The notes beneath the pieces were generated by a model that worked only from the letters and a program-made list of their open reading frames with translations, had not been told where the DNA came from and searched no databases. A stretch of 63,612 nt of DNA, filler included, from Lenisia limosa (taxonomy: Eukaryota; Protista; Breviatea), in assembly GCA_001655205.1 (NCBI GenBank). It is 15 parts of 15 records of this genome, joined end to end, with 100 filler letters (N's around TTAATTAATTAA, not from the genome) between each part and the next. Parts side by side here need not be neighbours in the genome. Positions count along the whole stretch, not along the records: positions 34,273 to 38,788 come from LPNZ01010985.1; positions 38,889 to 41,942 come from LPNZ01008391.1; positions 42,043 to 44,126 come from LPNZ01003405.1; positions 44,227 to 45,239 come from LPNZ01004003.1; positions 45,340 to 58,576 come from LPNZ01006972.1; 10 more parts are not named here. One strand, written 5' to 3'. This document shows positions 36,803-48,300 of this stretch, piece by piece. Made by a program: the position numbers and the translations under genes. Each line of letters starts with the position of its first letter. Positions within the stretch are counted from its first letter, which is position 1.

Positions 36803-37667
36803 ATGAAAGAAACTGTTTTGAGTAAACCTCAAGTCTTAAAGAGGTTACATTTATCTCTTGAGCAATTTCGTTCCTTGTGTCTTATTCGAGGCATCCACCC
36901 TCGGCAGTATAAACAAAAGAAATATTTTTATCGCAAAGCTGATGTGCATTCGTTGATCAGGTCTGAAGAAATTCAAGCTGTAAGGAAAAAACAAGCAATT
37001 GATTATTCCTCTCTTCTTCAAATGAGATTTCCTGCGTTTATTGATATTTTACCCCACTTAAGTGATATTGTCCATGGTGTATTAATTCACTCACAGAATA
37101 TAACTATTCTTTCAAAGCTATACTCCGAGTTTTTTTTAAAATTAATCAGATTATCAAGAATTGGGGCTTTTCAAAAGTGCTTCATTTCTGTAAAAGGTAT
37201 TTACCTTGGTGTCTCTATTGAGCAAATTGTTTTTTGGAGTATTTTTATTTGTCCCAACTTTGGATCCAGCCGTATTCTTCAACTATTTCAACACCATCAA
37301 AGGCTTTCTCGAAGTTGTGTTATGAAGAAACGGCTCTTTTGTTTATTTGCCATCATTTGTCCAGGTTTAATTCGGTTAAAGGAACTGTCTTAAGCTCTAT
37401 GACTTTTTCTTTTTCCAATGAAGTTCAAGAAATTTTTTCTTTTCTGGTGCTTGGTCTTGGAGGTACAATTGTTAATGAAGGAGGAGATTGCTTGGTGTGT
37501 GAGAAAATTCCGAAGAAATATGTATGACATTTATCAGTTATTAGAATTTCAATATCACCTATGTTCATCCCCAGTGGATCGCAGATGTTTTCAATTCTCA
37601 AAAAATGTTAAATTTGGAGCTCTATTCTCCTCGCAATAGTCCTCCTCCGCATGTTTCTCCGTTTTAA
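36803..37667 (+). CDS. PES1: Divergent, C-terminally truncated pescadillo/Nop7-like gene with tiny intron(s) or a frameshift
   Basis: KRLHLSLEQFRSLCLIRGIHP; QMRFPAFIDIL; FISVKGIY; BRCT-like LSSMTFSFSNEVQEIFSFLVLGLGG. A 23-nt GT-AG intron at 37522-37544 restores YVHPQWIADVFNSQ..PPPHVSPF-stop (cf. YVQPQWVFDSVN..PPHLSPF). Confidence 0.75.
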
Positions 37668-39480
37668 TGAACTTGTTTTGTTTACGAATTGAAGAGTCTT
37701 TGTCGTTAAAATTTTTTATCGTCTACTGTTCGAATAAGAAATACCCATTACCGTGCTATTACCCACTGATATTCAATAACATTCAATAGTACCACTTAGT
37801 ATTCAATATTACCACAATATTAAAGCTACAACCTTGTTTTTTATTTCCCATTGCTAGATCCTAAAATTTAGTATAATATGATATTCCCACTTACTCCAAT
37901 GATCCCACCCCCCGCGCAAAACCCCGTCATTATTGGGATATCCCGTCATTATTGAATAAACGGTGTCATAACACCACAAGAATTNNNNNNNNNNNNNNNN
38001 NNNNNNNNNNNNNNNNNNNNNNNNNNNNNNNNNNNNNNNNNNNNNNNNNNNNNNNNNNNNNNNNNNNNNNNNNNNNNNNNNNNNNNNNNNNNNNNNNNNN
38101 NNNNNNNNNNNNNNNNNNNNNNNNNNNNNNNNNNNNNNNNNNNNNNNNNNNNNNNNNNNNNNNNNNNNNNNNNNNNNNNNNNNNNNNNNNNNNNNNNNNN
38201 NNNNNNNNNNNNNNNNNNNNNNNNNNNNNNNNNNNNNNNNNNNNNNNNNNNNNNNNNNNNNNNAGACATCCAAGGCTACTGTTTGTCACTTTTTTTTTTA
38301 CCAAAAAAAAGACATCTAGGGCCTCGGATGTATGCAACAAAATAGAAAACTTGGTCCGGTAAAACTTGATTAGTAAAAGTTTGTGGGNNNNNNNNNNNNN
38401 NNNNNNNNNNNNNNNNNNNNNNNNNNNNNNNNNNNNNNNNNNNNNNNNNNNNNNNNNNNNNNNNNNNNNNNNNNNNNNNNNNNNNNNNNNNNNNNNNNNN
38501 NNNNNNNNNNNNNNNNNNNNNNNNNNNNNNNNNNNNNNNNNNNNNNNNNNNNNNNNNNNNNNNNNNNNNNNNNNNNNNNNNNNNNNNNNNNNNNNNNNNN
38601 NNNNNNNNNNNNNNNNNNNNNNNNNNNNCTCATAAAATCAACACTACTTTTTCTTTCGGGGCTTCTTATTCTGCTTCTCCTTCAGCTTTTCAATCACATT
38701 AGTTGTTGGAACAAGGATACCCCCTTGATTGATCATCGTTTTTGCCCTTTTCCGATCGGCTTTGAGCTCCTCAGCAGAAGCAATAATCNNNNNNNNNNNN
38801 NNNNNNNNNNNNNNNNNNNNNNNNNNNNNNNNTTAATTAATTAANNNNNNNNNNNNNNNNNNNNNNNNNNNNNNNNNNNNNNNNNNNNTTTTTTTTCCCC
38901 ATTGTTATATAATAAATATTATACTCTAATATAGCCAGCTATATGATAATAATACATGCGTACATAGTATGATACCTGATTGATAATAACCCCAATGATT
39001 CCTTTAGCCTGAGTACCCTACCGACCAGAAGCCACAAGCCTAAAAGTTTAAGCTTCCAATGTATTAATATATCATATATATATCATCCTCCACCAGTGAT
39101 CCAAAAATATTAAAGAATCAAACACAGGAGGATGAAGTAGGCCGAAATACTACGTAGCTTCTATCCTATTTAGTAAGGTTAATTACAGCAATGGACAAAG
39201 CCTTGTGTTCCCCGATAACAACCAACTACTCTTTCTATTTTCTGTGTGCTGAGAGGATAAGCATTCTGAGCTTGGAAGCTACCCACACTTGATGTATCAA
39301 AAAAAGAGATGAAAATGTGGCTGCCGTTACTGGATCTGTTGAATTCACCATGTCATAGTTCTGAGCAATTCTGACAAACAATGACGCAAGTAATCAAAAG
39401 CAATTGACTCCTCCGTGTAACCCAGAAAACAATAAATAGGAACAGACGGAAACATCAAACTAACAAACTAATTAAAAAGA

Positions 39481-41942
39481 CTACTCTGGCTTAGGCAGAG
39501 GCTTAGGCTTAGGGAGGGGTTTTGGCAGGGGCTTAGGCAGCGGTTTACTGGGAAGTGGCTTCTTCTAGTCTTGTAAGAGAGAGTGTGTGAGGGGAGTAAA
39601 ATGGACAATTTATGAAACAAAAAAGACCAATATCAACTCTGTTGGTTGACAACACACGAGGGTTGATAACAACAAAACANNNNNNNNNNNNNNNNNNNNN
39701 NNNNNNNNNNNNNNNNNNNNNNNNNNNNNNNNNNNNNNNNNNNNNTATGAAAGAAAATACAATAAAATAAAAAAGAGGGGGAGGGGTGGATCAACTCTGT
39801 TGGCGAATAACATAACAAAGAATAGGCCAGTCGCTCCACATACAGTTAGAACTCATAAGATACTGATTCCAAGAATAAGCCCATGATTATGGGTATGGCT
39901 TCACTTCAGTCTGAAAAAGACCGAACCGAAGTGAAGCTTTAGTTTTAAGGTATATCCATTCTTTTTGCTTCCAAAGATTTCTAATGTACATAATAATATT
40001 ATTTCTCTTGTTTCAAAAACAAAAAAACACAAAATCCAAGTGCTAACCGAGGGGGGTGCTCTAGAGGGAAGTGGTCTGGAAGGAAGCGTTTTGGGGGGTG
40101 GCCCAGCCGGGAGTTTACGGGGAGGCACCGCTGCGAGGGTAATGGATGATGGGGGAGTAAAATTGAAAAATTTATGAAACAAAAAAAGCTAAAATTTAAC
40201 TTGTTGACTGACAACACACAGTGGGGTAAAACGATGGAAATTTCAATGAAGAACATGGCGTAAAGTTATTAATCACGAACCGAGTAATCTGAATATCCAA
40301 AAAAAAGCAAACAAGCGGGGGATAAAAAAAAACAAATAAAGCCCAGGCTAGTCGCTTCTGCAGCACCGCATCTCATTACTCCAGCGTGGGGGGGGGGGGN
40401 NNNNNNNNNNNNNNNNNNNNNNNNNNNNNNNNNNNNNNNNNNNNNNNNNNNNNNNNNNNNNNNNNNNNNNNNNNNNNNNNNNNNAGTGATTACGAAACAA
40501 AAAATAAAGAGCCGAAAATTAAAATATTTTAACGAAGGAAGTTTCAATGAGTTGGGGATTATTCTATGCAAATGGGTTGGTATCGAGGAATTCGGTCTTT
40601 TTTGGGACCGTAGGGACCCCCCCCTAATCAAACCTGAAGGGGGAAATTTTGAGGGGGGCTTAGACACAGCGGTCTCTGCAGTGGTAAGAGAAACAAAAAT
40701 TTTCACAAGAGAAATAATATACATAAGAGGGAAACAAAGTACATAGGGATACCATAAACAAATTACCATGCTTCGGGAAAAGAACACGGGGAAGTAAAAA
40801 AGGGGGGCAATTTATGAAACATCACGCTTATATGTAGAGATGGCTGATAAAACAAGGATATATATCTGGCAAATACTAATTCACCCAATCATTTAACTAA
40901 TAACTCTATTATGTCTGCCTTAAGCAGAAAAAAAATAATGATAAAATTGATGGTCTAGGGCAAACCTTGAACAGCCTCATTTTCAGCAGTTTCGGATTCA
41001 GCTTTGGCCTCTTCCTTCTTCTCTTCCTTTTCTTCCTTCCCTTCCTCCTTATCTTCTTCTTTCTCTTCCCTTTCTTCCTTTTCTTCTTTCTCTTCTTCCT
41101 TTTCTTCTTCCTCTTCTTCCTTTTCTTTTTGTTTCTCTTCTTCCTTTTCTTCTTGTTTCTCTTCTTCCTTTTCTTCTTGTTTCTCTTCTTCCTTTTCTTC
41201 AATATTATCTTCTACCTTCTCTTCCCCCTTTTCTTCTTCAACATTCTGAGCCTGATGCTCGTTAATTTCTTCCTTTTCTTGTTTGGCTTTGTTCGTTTCT
41301 TCTTCTTTAACTTGATCTTCTTCTTTCACATCTTCCTGTACTTCCTCTTCCTTCTTTTCTTGGTCTACAGTTTCTTCCTTTTCTTCCTTTTCTTCATCCT
41401 TCTCTTCACCCTTCTCTTCTTCCTTCCCCGCTTCCTCTTCCACTTCTCTCTTCTCTTCCTCTTCTTCCTTCACATCATCTTTCTTCTCTTCTTCTTTTTC
41501 TTCCTTCTTCTCTTCCACTTCTTTCTTCTCTTCTTCTTTTTCTTCCTTCTTCTCTTCCATTTCTTTCTTCTCTTCTTCCTTTTCTTCCTTTTTAGCCCCA
41601 CGTGAAGGTAGTGCTCCTCCGGGTGGCCCTCCACCCCGTCCACGGCCTCGACCTAAGAGAATTATCAGGAAAATATAATGACATAAATTGCTGAGATGAC
41701 AGAGAATTATTTGAGAAAATATAACGACATAAACTGCTGAGGTAACGGAGAATTATTAAGACAAGTATGAAGGAATCAATACCACACCTAAAAATATTCT
41801 CAAAACCACCCTAAAATTCAGTGTTATAATAACATCTTAAAACCACCATATTAATACCCCCCCCACCCCGCATGCCCCCCCGGCCGCGATTTGCCCACGG
41901 AACCGGCGTGGGCTCTTCTGCCTTCTTCTCTTGTCGGGGAGG
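39481..41942 (-). CDS. Low-complexity protein: RG/Gly-rich, long Glu/Lys-rich coil, Pro-rich C-terminus; 5' truncated
   Basis: GRGRGRGGGPPGG then 200+ aa E/K ORF 40955-41560; exons AVPPRKLPAGPPPKTLPSRPLPSRAPP and KKPLPSKPLPKPLPKPLPKPKPLPKPE-stop. Confidence 0.6.
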
Positions 41943-42042
41943 NNNNNNNNNNNNNNNNNNNNNNNNNNNNNNNNNNNNNNNNNNNNTTAATTAATTAANN
42001 NNNNNNNNNNNNNNNNNNNNNNNNNNNNNNNNNNNNNNNNNN

Positions 42043-43930
42043 ATCCACGGCCTGGGCATCTGAGGCAGGGTTCCAGGACGGGTCGATAACAATGACGCGA
42101 TCGGCTGAAGTCAGCGTCAGGCCCAGGCCGCCAACCTGTGGGTTTAGTGTTCTTTGTTTTGAATCAATAAAATACAAACGAATATGATACGATGCTATCT
42201 GTACAGCTGTGAGGGTTGGTGTTCCATGTTCGAAACTGCCTGAATGTGAAAGAAGATATATCATAATATAGTGTATCATACTATATAATATCAACTAAAA
42301 AATCTACGTCTGAAATAACTCTCTGATATTAAATAAAATATAGGGTATCAAATAAACACAAAGGGAAAATCAATATTCTCTTTAAATGACTCCCACTGTC
42401 AGTTTTCCACCACCCACCTGAGTTGTCAAAAGGAAAGCGAAGATCGAATCGTCTGCTTCAAATTCATCGATGATAGACTACAGGGTTAATAGTTTCTTTC
42501 ATCAAGCAAGAGCGGTAAACTTATAATGATAGTAAATAGAAAATGGCCAGTTTTCTTCATTCAGACTTTTCGGCCAAAACATAGACACAAAGGAAAATGG
42601 AAAAAGAAGCAATCCCTTCAACCTGCCTTTGGGTTGGAGATACAATAGATCCATCAAGCCTCAAACAGCTGCGGAAATAATGAGGATGGTTGCAAGAGGC
42701 GGTGGTTAAGATTATTGAAAACTCTGTTGATAACATGTGTCTTGTTCAAATAAATGAGCTTAATAGGTGATCCGAGATACGCAATAATGTTGTTATTAAT
42801 ATTACTATTCCGAAATAATGTTGTTATTAATATCACTATTCCGAAATATAACGCCTAACAACGTTCACTACATCTCAAAAGGTGTTCTAATGTTGATGAT
42901 ATGACATTTTTATTTTTACTATACATCACTTTGATTTCAAGAAAAATATTAATATTGTACTGGTCATTTTGGTCACAAAAATAGTTTTAGATGCAGAAGT
43001 GTGTTTAACAATGGTTTTATTTCAATACAAGTGTACACTTAGAATATCAAACCAAACAAACTTATATTGAATTTGTTATATCGTAATAAAAAATTCACGC
43101 TAATTTAAGCCAAAAAATTTAGATTACTGAGCCTCTTTAAGAAGCCTAAAACCCCAACCCTCCGCGTCCCTGGTAAGAGTTCCTTATCTATATCTAGGAT
43201 GCTAATATATAATAGAGCTTCAACAAAGAAGAAGTGTTTTGAGTCCTTTCAGGACTCTAAAGCACTGTCATCTAACATTGACACTGTAAATTGTGGTTGA
43301 ACAAACATTCAATACTCGAATTGTCACAACATACTATAAGCATATATCTATACTACCTCTATCACATTGTAAATAAACACTTGTGGTAACAGTTTGGGAT
43401 GGTATTCATGGAGTGCACACATGGAGGTGAAATAAAATACGGCTCTTTCATCATATTCAATTCCCCAATGTAGGCCAGCGTACCGTCCATCCATATTCCG
43501 AAGTACGCGGCCTGCTGCATCAAGCATGGCAAGGGACCGACTGAATATGGCCACTCGATGGTCTGTCCAAATGATTGTTTTAAAGAAGTATCACACGTCA
43601 AGGTCATATTTTAATTGCATTATATTATATATTAAAACAATCCAATCATTCGCTTTAAAATTCTGACGCATAGTTTAATAACTACAATACGGCCCTTCGG
43701 GGGTTTAGGAGAGGCTATTAGGGGGTTTAGGAGAGGCTATTACGGGGTTTAGGAGAGGCTATTACGGGGTTTAGGAGAGGCTATTACGGGGTTTGCTTTG
43801 TTGTGTGTGTTCTTATGTAAAGAAAACAATATTCAATTGCAGATATAAATTACCCACCCCCTCCCGACTATCAGCGCTCAAAAGCGGAAGAAGATGTTCA
43901 AGGAAGGCCATTTTAACTGTGCTTTCCTCT
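42043..43930 (-). CDS. ERCC6L: SNF2-family helicase C-terminal domain, ERCC6L/PICH-like; fragment
   Basis: [13 protein letters not shown]; [14 protein letters not shown]; [12 protein letters not shown]|[31 protein letters not shown] (PICH: [37 protein letters not shown]). Confidence 0.8.
43699..43795. repeat. Tandem repeat, 22-bp unit x4 (GGGGTTTAGGAGAGGCTATTAC), intronic
   Basis: Directly visible. Confidence 0.9.
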
Positions 43931-44239
43931 GACTGCAAGGTAAAGATATTGTAGAGGGCGGAGTAAAACTTTAAAAAAAACAGTGAAACAAAAAGGCCCA
44001 CAATCAGCTCAGTTGGCTAGCAATACATTTGGGTTGAAAACAACAAGACAAACAAAGCCTCGACCTGTCGCTTCTGCAGACCCGTATCCCGTCACTGTGT
44101 AGAAGGGGTTGTTTTTTCAGTCAAGCNNNNNNNNNNNNNNNNNNNNNNNNNNNNNNNNNNNNNNNNNNNNTTAATTAATTAANNNNNNNNNNNNNNNNNN
44201 NNNNNNNNNNNNNNNNNNNNNNNNNNCCCCCCCCCCCCC

Positions 44240-44970
44240 CCAGCCAACAGAAAGGAGCTCATTGTTGCTGGAGAGGAAGGGAGGAAGGGCTCTTTTGGCA
44301 AGGGAGGTGAGACCTTCAAGGACAAACGGCAATTGATCGTCATTCGTCATTTCCTGTTAAACGTAAAGGGGAAATGAGGGGGCCACCGAAGTGGCGATGA
44401 AGTAGAGAGAGGGATAAAGAGGGAGGGGAACACGAGTAATAAGACGAAAAAGTAGGGCTTCACTTCGGTTCGAAAAATACTGGTGAAATATCGATAAATT
44501 AAATTTTTTTTCAAACCGAGGTGTAGCCCGACGGAAAAGATTCTTACGTATGAATAATGACGAAGAAGAGTTTTACATATTATAAGACGAAGATGAGTTA
44601 CGCCTACAAAGTCTTCAAAGGAGGAAAATACCAGTTTTTGGATTGATGACAAGTAGCTGTGGATTCTGAGGAGGAATAAATAGGAACAGTTCGTAATTGA
44701 ATTGTCCTGAAAATTAACTTTACATAAAACCTGGGGATACAAAAAAACACATAAAACACAAGAAAACACTAAAATCTCCCCCTCCGAAAATGTTCAAGGA
44801 AACTGAATTTGACTACAATCAATTATCAAGACAACATTACCCCAAGAAAAACTACAAAAGACAGACAATTCACCCCCCTTCTCGCTTCCGAGAAAACAGT
44901 TATATTGCCCCCAGAGCCCACTCAGTTGCTTCATTGAAGGCAGGCAGAAACTGTGAGTTCTGAGCAGTGA
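44240..44970 (-). CDS. Gene fragment of unknown function
   Basis: Exon-like TNDDQLPFVLEGLTSLAKRALPPFLSSNNELLSV at ~44245-44350. Confidence 0.3.
44453..44531. mobile_element. Family A MITE (79 bp) with 8-bp TSD (7/8 match)
   Basis: TAGGGCTTCACTTCGGTTCG...CAAACCGAGGTGTAGCCCGA, flanked by CGAAAAAG / CGGAAAAG. Confidence 0.82.
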
Positions 44971-45339
44971 AATGAATCAAGTAAAAGGTAAGAAATAGAG
45001 AGAGAGAAAAAAGTAACCAAGGGAACAGTGTGAAGATAACTCAGGCAAAATAATGTGGAAGATGAAGGAAGACAACTACCACTGAAATATATTAGTTCTG
45101 AACCAGTGAAAAAAATAGCTAGGAAAAGAAATGAAAAAAGTTACCAAAGAAACAAATAACAAGAGTGCTTTAGTAAAGAATCGCAGGTCAATGTACTTGA
45201 GAGATAAAAATAAGATATTGCAAGCCCCCCCCCCCCCCCNNNNNNNNNNNNNNNNNNNNNNNNNNNNNNNNNNNNNNNNNNNNTTAATTAATTAANNNNN
45301 NNNNNNNNNNNNNNNNNNNNNNNNNNNNNNNNNNNNNNN

Positions 45340-48300
45340 GCGCGTTTTGTTGGAAGCAGTGCTGTTCACTTCACAGGTTCAAACTACGCTTACACCACAT
45401 ACTACGACAACTACGCCTATGCTATGGCAACTTCGTGGGGGAGGAGGGTCCAACCTATCTTCCCTGTTTCTGTAGTTAGTCTCATTGGACAATAGCCATC
45501 AAATTTTCCGTCACCCCCCCCCCCCNNNNNNNNNNNNNNNNNNNNNNNNNNNNNNNNNNNNNNNNNNNNNNNNNNNNNNNNNNNNNNNNNNNNNNNNNNN
45601 NNNNNNNNNNNNNNNNNNNNNNNNNNNNNNNNNNNNNNNNNNNNNNNNNNNNNNGGTGGATGAGCGTCAATCATTACCGCGACAAATGGGGCAACCTCAA
45701 CTACCTAACCGGCAACTACAGTAGGTTGTCCGTTTACTAGCCACAAAGAACTGAGCACATCAGCGTCTTACTGATTTTTAGTCTTCTGTCACGGAGCCAC
45801 GGAGCTGTCATACCTCAACTTCTGTGTGTATCGCTACTACGACTTCCAAATTGTTGTTGGAGGCAGCGGCTTCGACACCAACTTCAGCGTTCAGGACAAG
45901 GAATGGCACCACTACGCTATCACCTTCGTGGGTCGCTTCCCTTCTCAATCCTTACTCACTCTGTAGCATGCTGAAGCCGGAATCCTTGAGTTCTACGTTG
46001 ACGCTGTGAAGGTCTATGAAGGCACAAGAACTAAACGTGGGCATGGTAGCTGTTTTGACTTGACTTCTTCGCTTTTTACCCTGTTCACGGTTATTAGGCT
46101 ACATCGGTGAAGGACGCTTCTTCCTAGGAGCCCGGCCGTATAACGCCGACAGTGTTCTCCTCGACACCGCCTCCAGTCACAGCTACGGAAGTGGGGGGGT
46201 CACAGCTACGGAAGTGGGGGGTATTTTTTAAGGTTTTTTTTCAAAAAAAAAAACAGGCCCACTTATCACCTCCCCCACTCCCCCCAGTCTCCATTGACGA
46301 CCTTCGGATTTGGAGCACTATCAGACGTCAGGACCTTTTCGAGAAGGAGTTGGAGCGAAAACTCTGCAGCGACTGGGGCAATGAGGCTATTCTCGACCAA
46401 ACCGGTGCGTTGTCGTCATATACTACAGTTGACCCTTCTCTGCTGCTAAACCCCACAGACCTGTACGCTTCCTTCAACTTCGAGGATATGCCTGAGGAGC
46501 CGCCCACACCAGTGAAACTCTGGTTTGATGAGCCCCTTTATCAGAACGCCAGCAACACTAATGCTACTCTCTACGTAGGGGGCCCTTTTTCTACTTATTC
46601 TTCTTATAGTACTTATTGCTCTCTTTTTTTGAAGCTTTTTCCTGTTTCACCCACATTTATGGTCTCAGGACGGAACATACACCTTTGAGATGACCCCTGA
46701 AACCGTGCCCGAGTTTGCCAACGTCACTCTCACCAACGCCGGCTTTGTCATTGAGTTCGACTTCTTAGTCAATGTCAGCGACTCGAGTGGGTGCTTCCGA
46801 CTGCTATCCGAGTTTCAACCGTTTTGATGTCTATACTCTTTTGTGTCTTTATGTGATAGTTGTTCTCTGTTGTCCTTTATTTCTCACCATCAGGCAATCG
46901 CTATTTGATGACGTCACCGGACAACCCATGGGGCCACATTAGAATGTACCTCCGAAGCAGACGACTCTATTTCTACACAACGTGGGGGGTTGATAATTAT
47001 GATACTGCGTTCCATAGCCCCATTTCTACACAGATTGAATGAGGTATCAGCTGTTAAATTCGGTTCCATCCGTATTGATACACCTTTGCACTCATCTACC
47101 AGGCAAAACAAGTACACTGCACCTCTGGTCGTTGGCAACTGGTACCACTACAAATGCGTGGTGAGTGTCTCTCTTTTCTTGTCTCCTGAACGGCTTATGC
47201 CTTTCTTTCACCACGACTTATCCACAAGATGCATCATCTTGGCGATATGGAACTGTTTCTCGATGGAGCTCTCTTTGTAAGCCAATCAACACCATATAAA
47301 CCTACTTTACGCTCCTGTCACCCCCCAGGCGACAGTGCCGATGACACTACCCTCAACAACGTCGAGCTTCAGATCAGGGCCAAGGCACTTCACATTCCTC
47401 CAGCACTACTCCAGCACTCCTTACTATGTGAGCCTCTATACGATATCGTGACCTTATCCGCCCTTGCGAACTTACCCCCCCCCCCCCNNNNNNNNNNNNN
47501 NNNNNNNNNNNNNNNNNNNNNNNNNNNNNNNNNNNNNNNNNNNNNNNNNNNNNNNNNNNNNNNNNNNNNNNNNNNNNNNNNNNNNNNNNNNNNNACGCAT
47601 CGGTCATTAAGGACAGCATGCCCGGCGAGAACCATCTGTACCCTGTCGGGTATGTGAGTGGATCTTTTTACAGCCCATCGAAGCTCAAAATCACCAAAGC
47701 CTCTTGAACCGTTCCTTATAACTAGGGATTCCCTACGGTCCCAAAAAAGACTGAATTTTCTCGAGAAATCCTCGATAAATCTTGATACTTGACCGGTCTT
47801 TTTCGGACCGGAGGGGAGACTTCTAACCCCTCAGACGTGGCGGCGGAGGCTCAATCGAGGCTGTTGCTCCGCTTATGTCGGACTCCTGTGGTGTTCCCAC
47901 CTGGGAGGGCAGGCTGTGTGACGACCCGGTATGCCCGGACACTGGGGCTTAATTTCAACGCAGGGCGTCACATGCGGCTTTGTTTTGCTATTATCAACCC
48001 TCATGTGCTGTCAGCTAACAGAGTTGATTTTACTTTTTTTTATTATTTCATAAATTTTCCAATTTTACGCCCCTTCCCCCCAGGTGTGCCACGAACAATG
48101 CCACGCGACAATGGGCCGCTGCGACCTGCCGGGTGAGTGTAAGTGCGTCAACGAGTACGTCTCAGGCGAATTTTGTGACACTGCAATCTGCAAGTGAGCA
48201 CCCGGGTACTCATTTGTTATCCGATACTCGAGGCACAATTGACCTCTGAATGTGGATGTGTTTTACTCCTTTCAGGGATGGGTGCAAGGAAACTCACGGA

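Noticed and set aside
34273-38788. AT-rich PES1 contig as contaminant or nucleomorph DNA
   Set aside because: It carries a family E element and a family C fragment shared with other contigs of this genome.
40909-41605. Poly-K/R, poly-F/L and poly-S ORFs
   Set aside because: Alternative frames of the E/K low-complexity exon.
43699-43795. Telomeric repeats (TTTAGG-like; also ~36760)
   Set aside because: A 22-bp unit inside an intron, not a simple telomere array.
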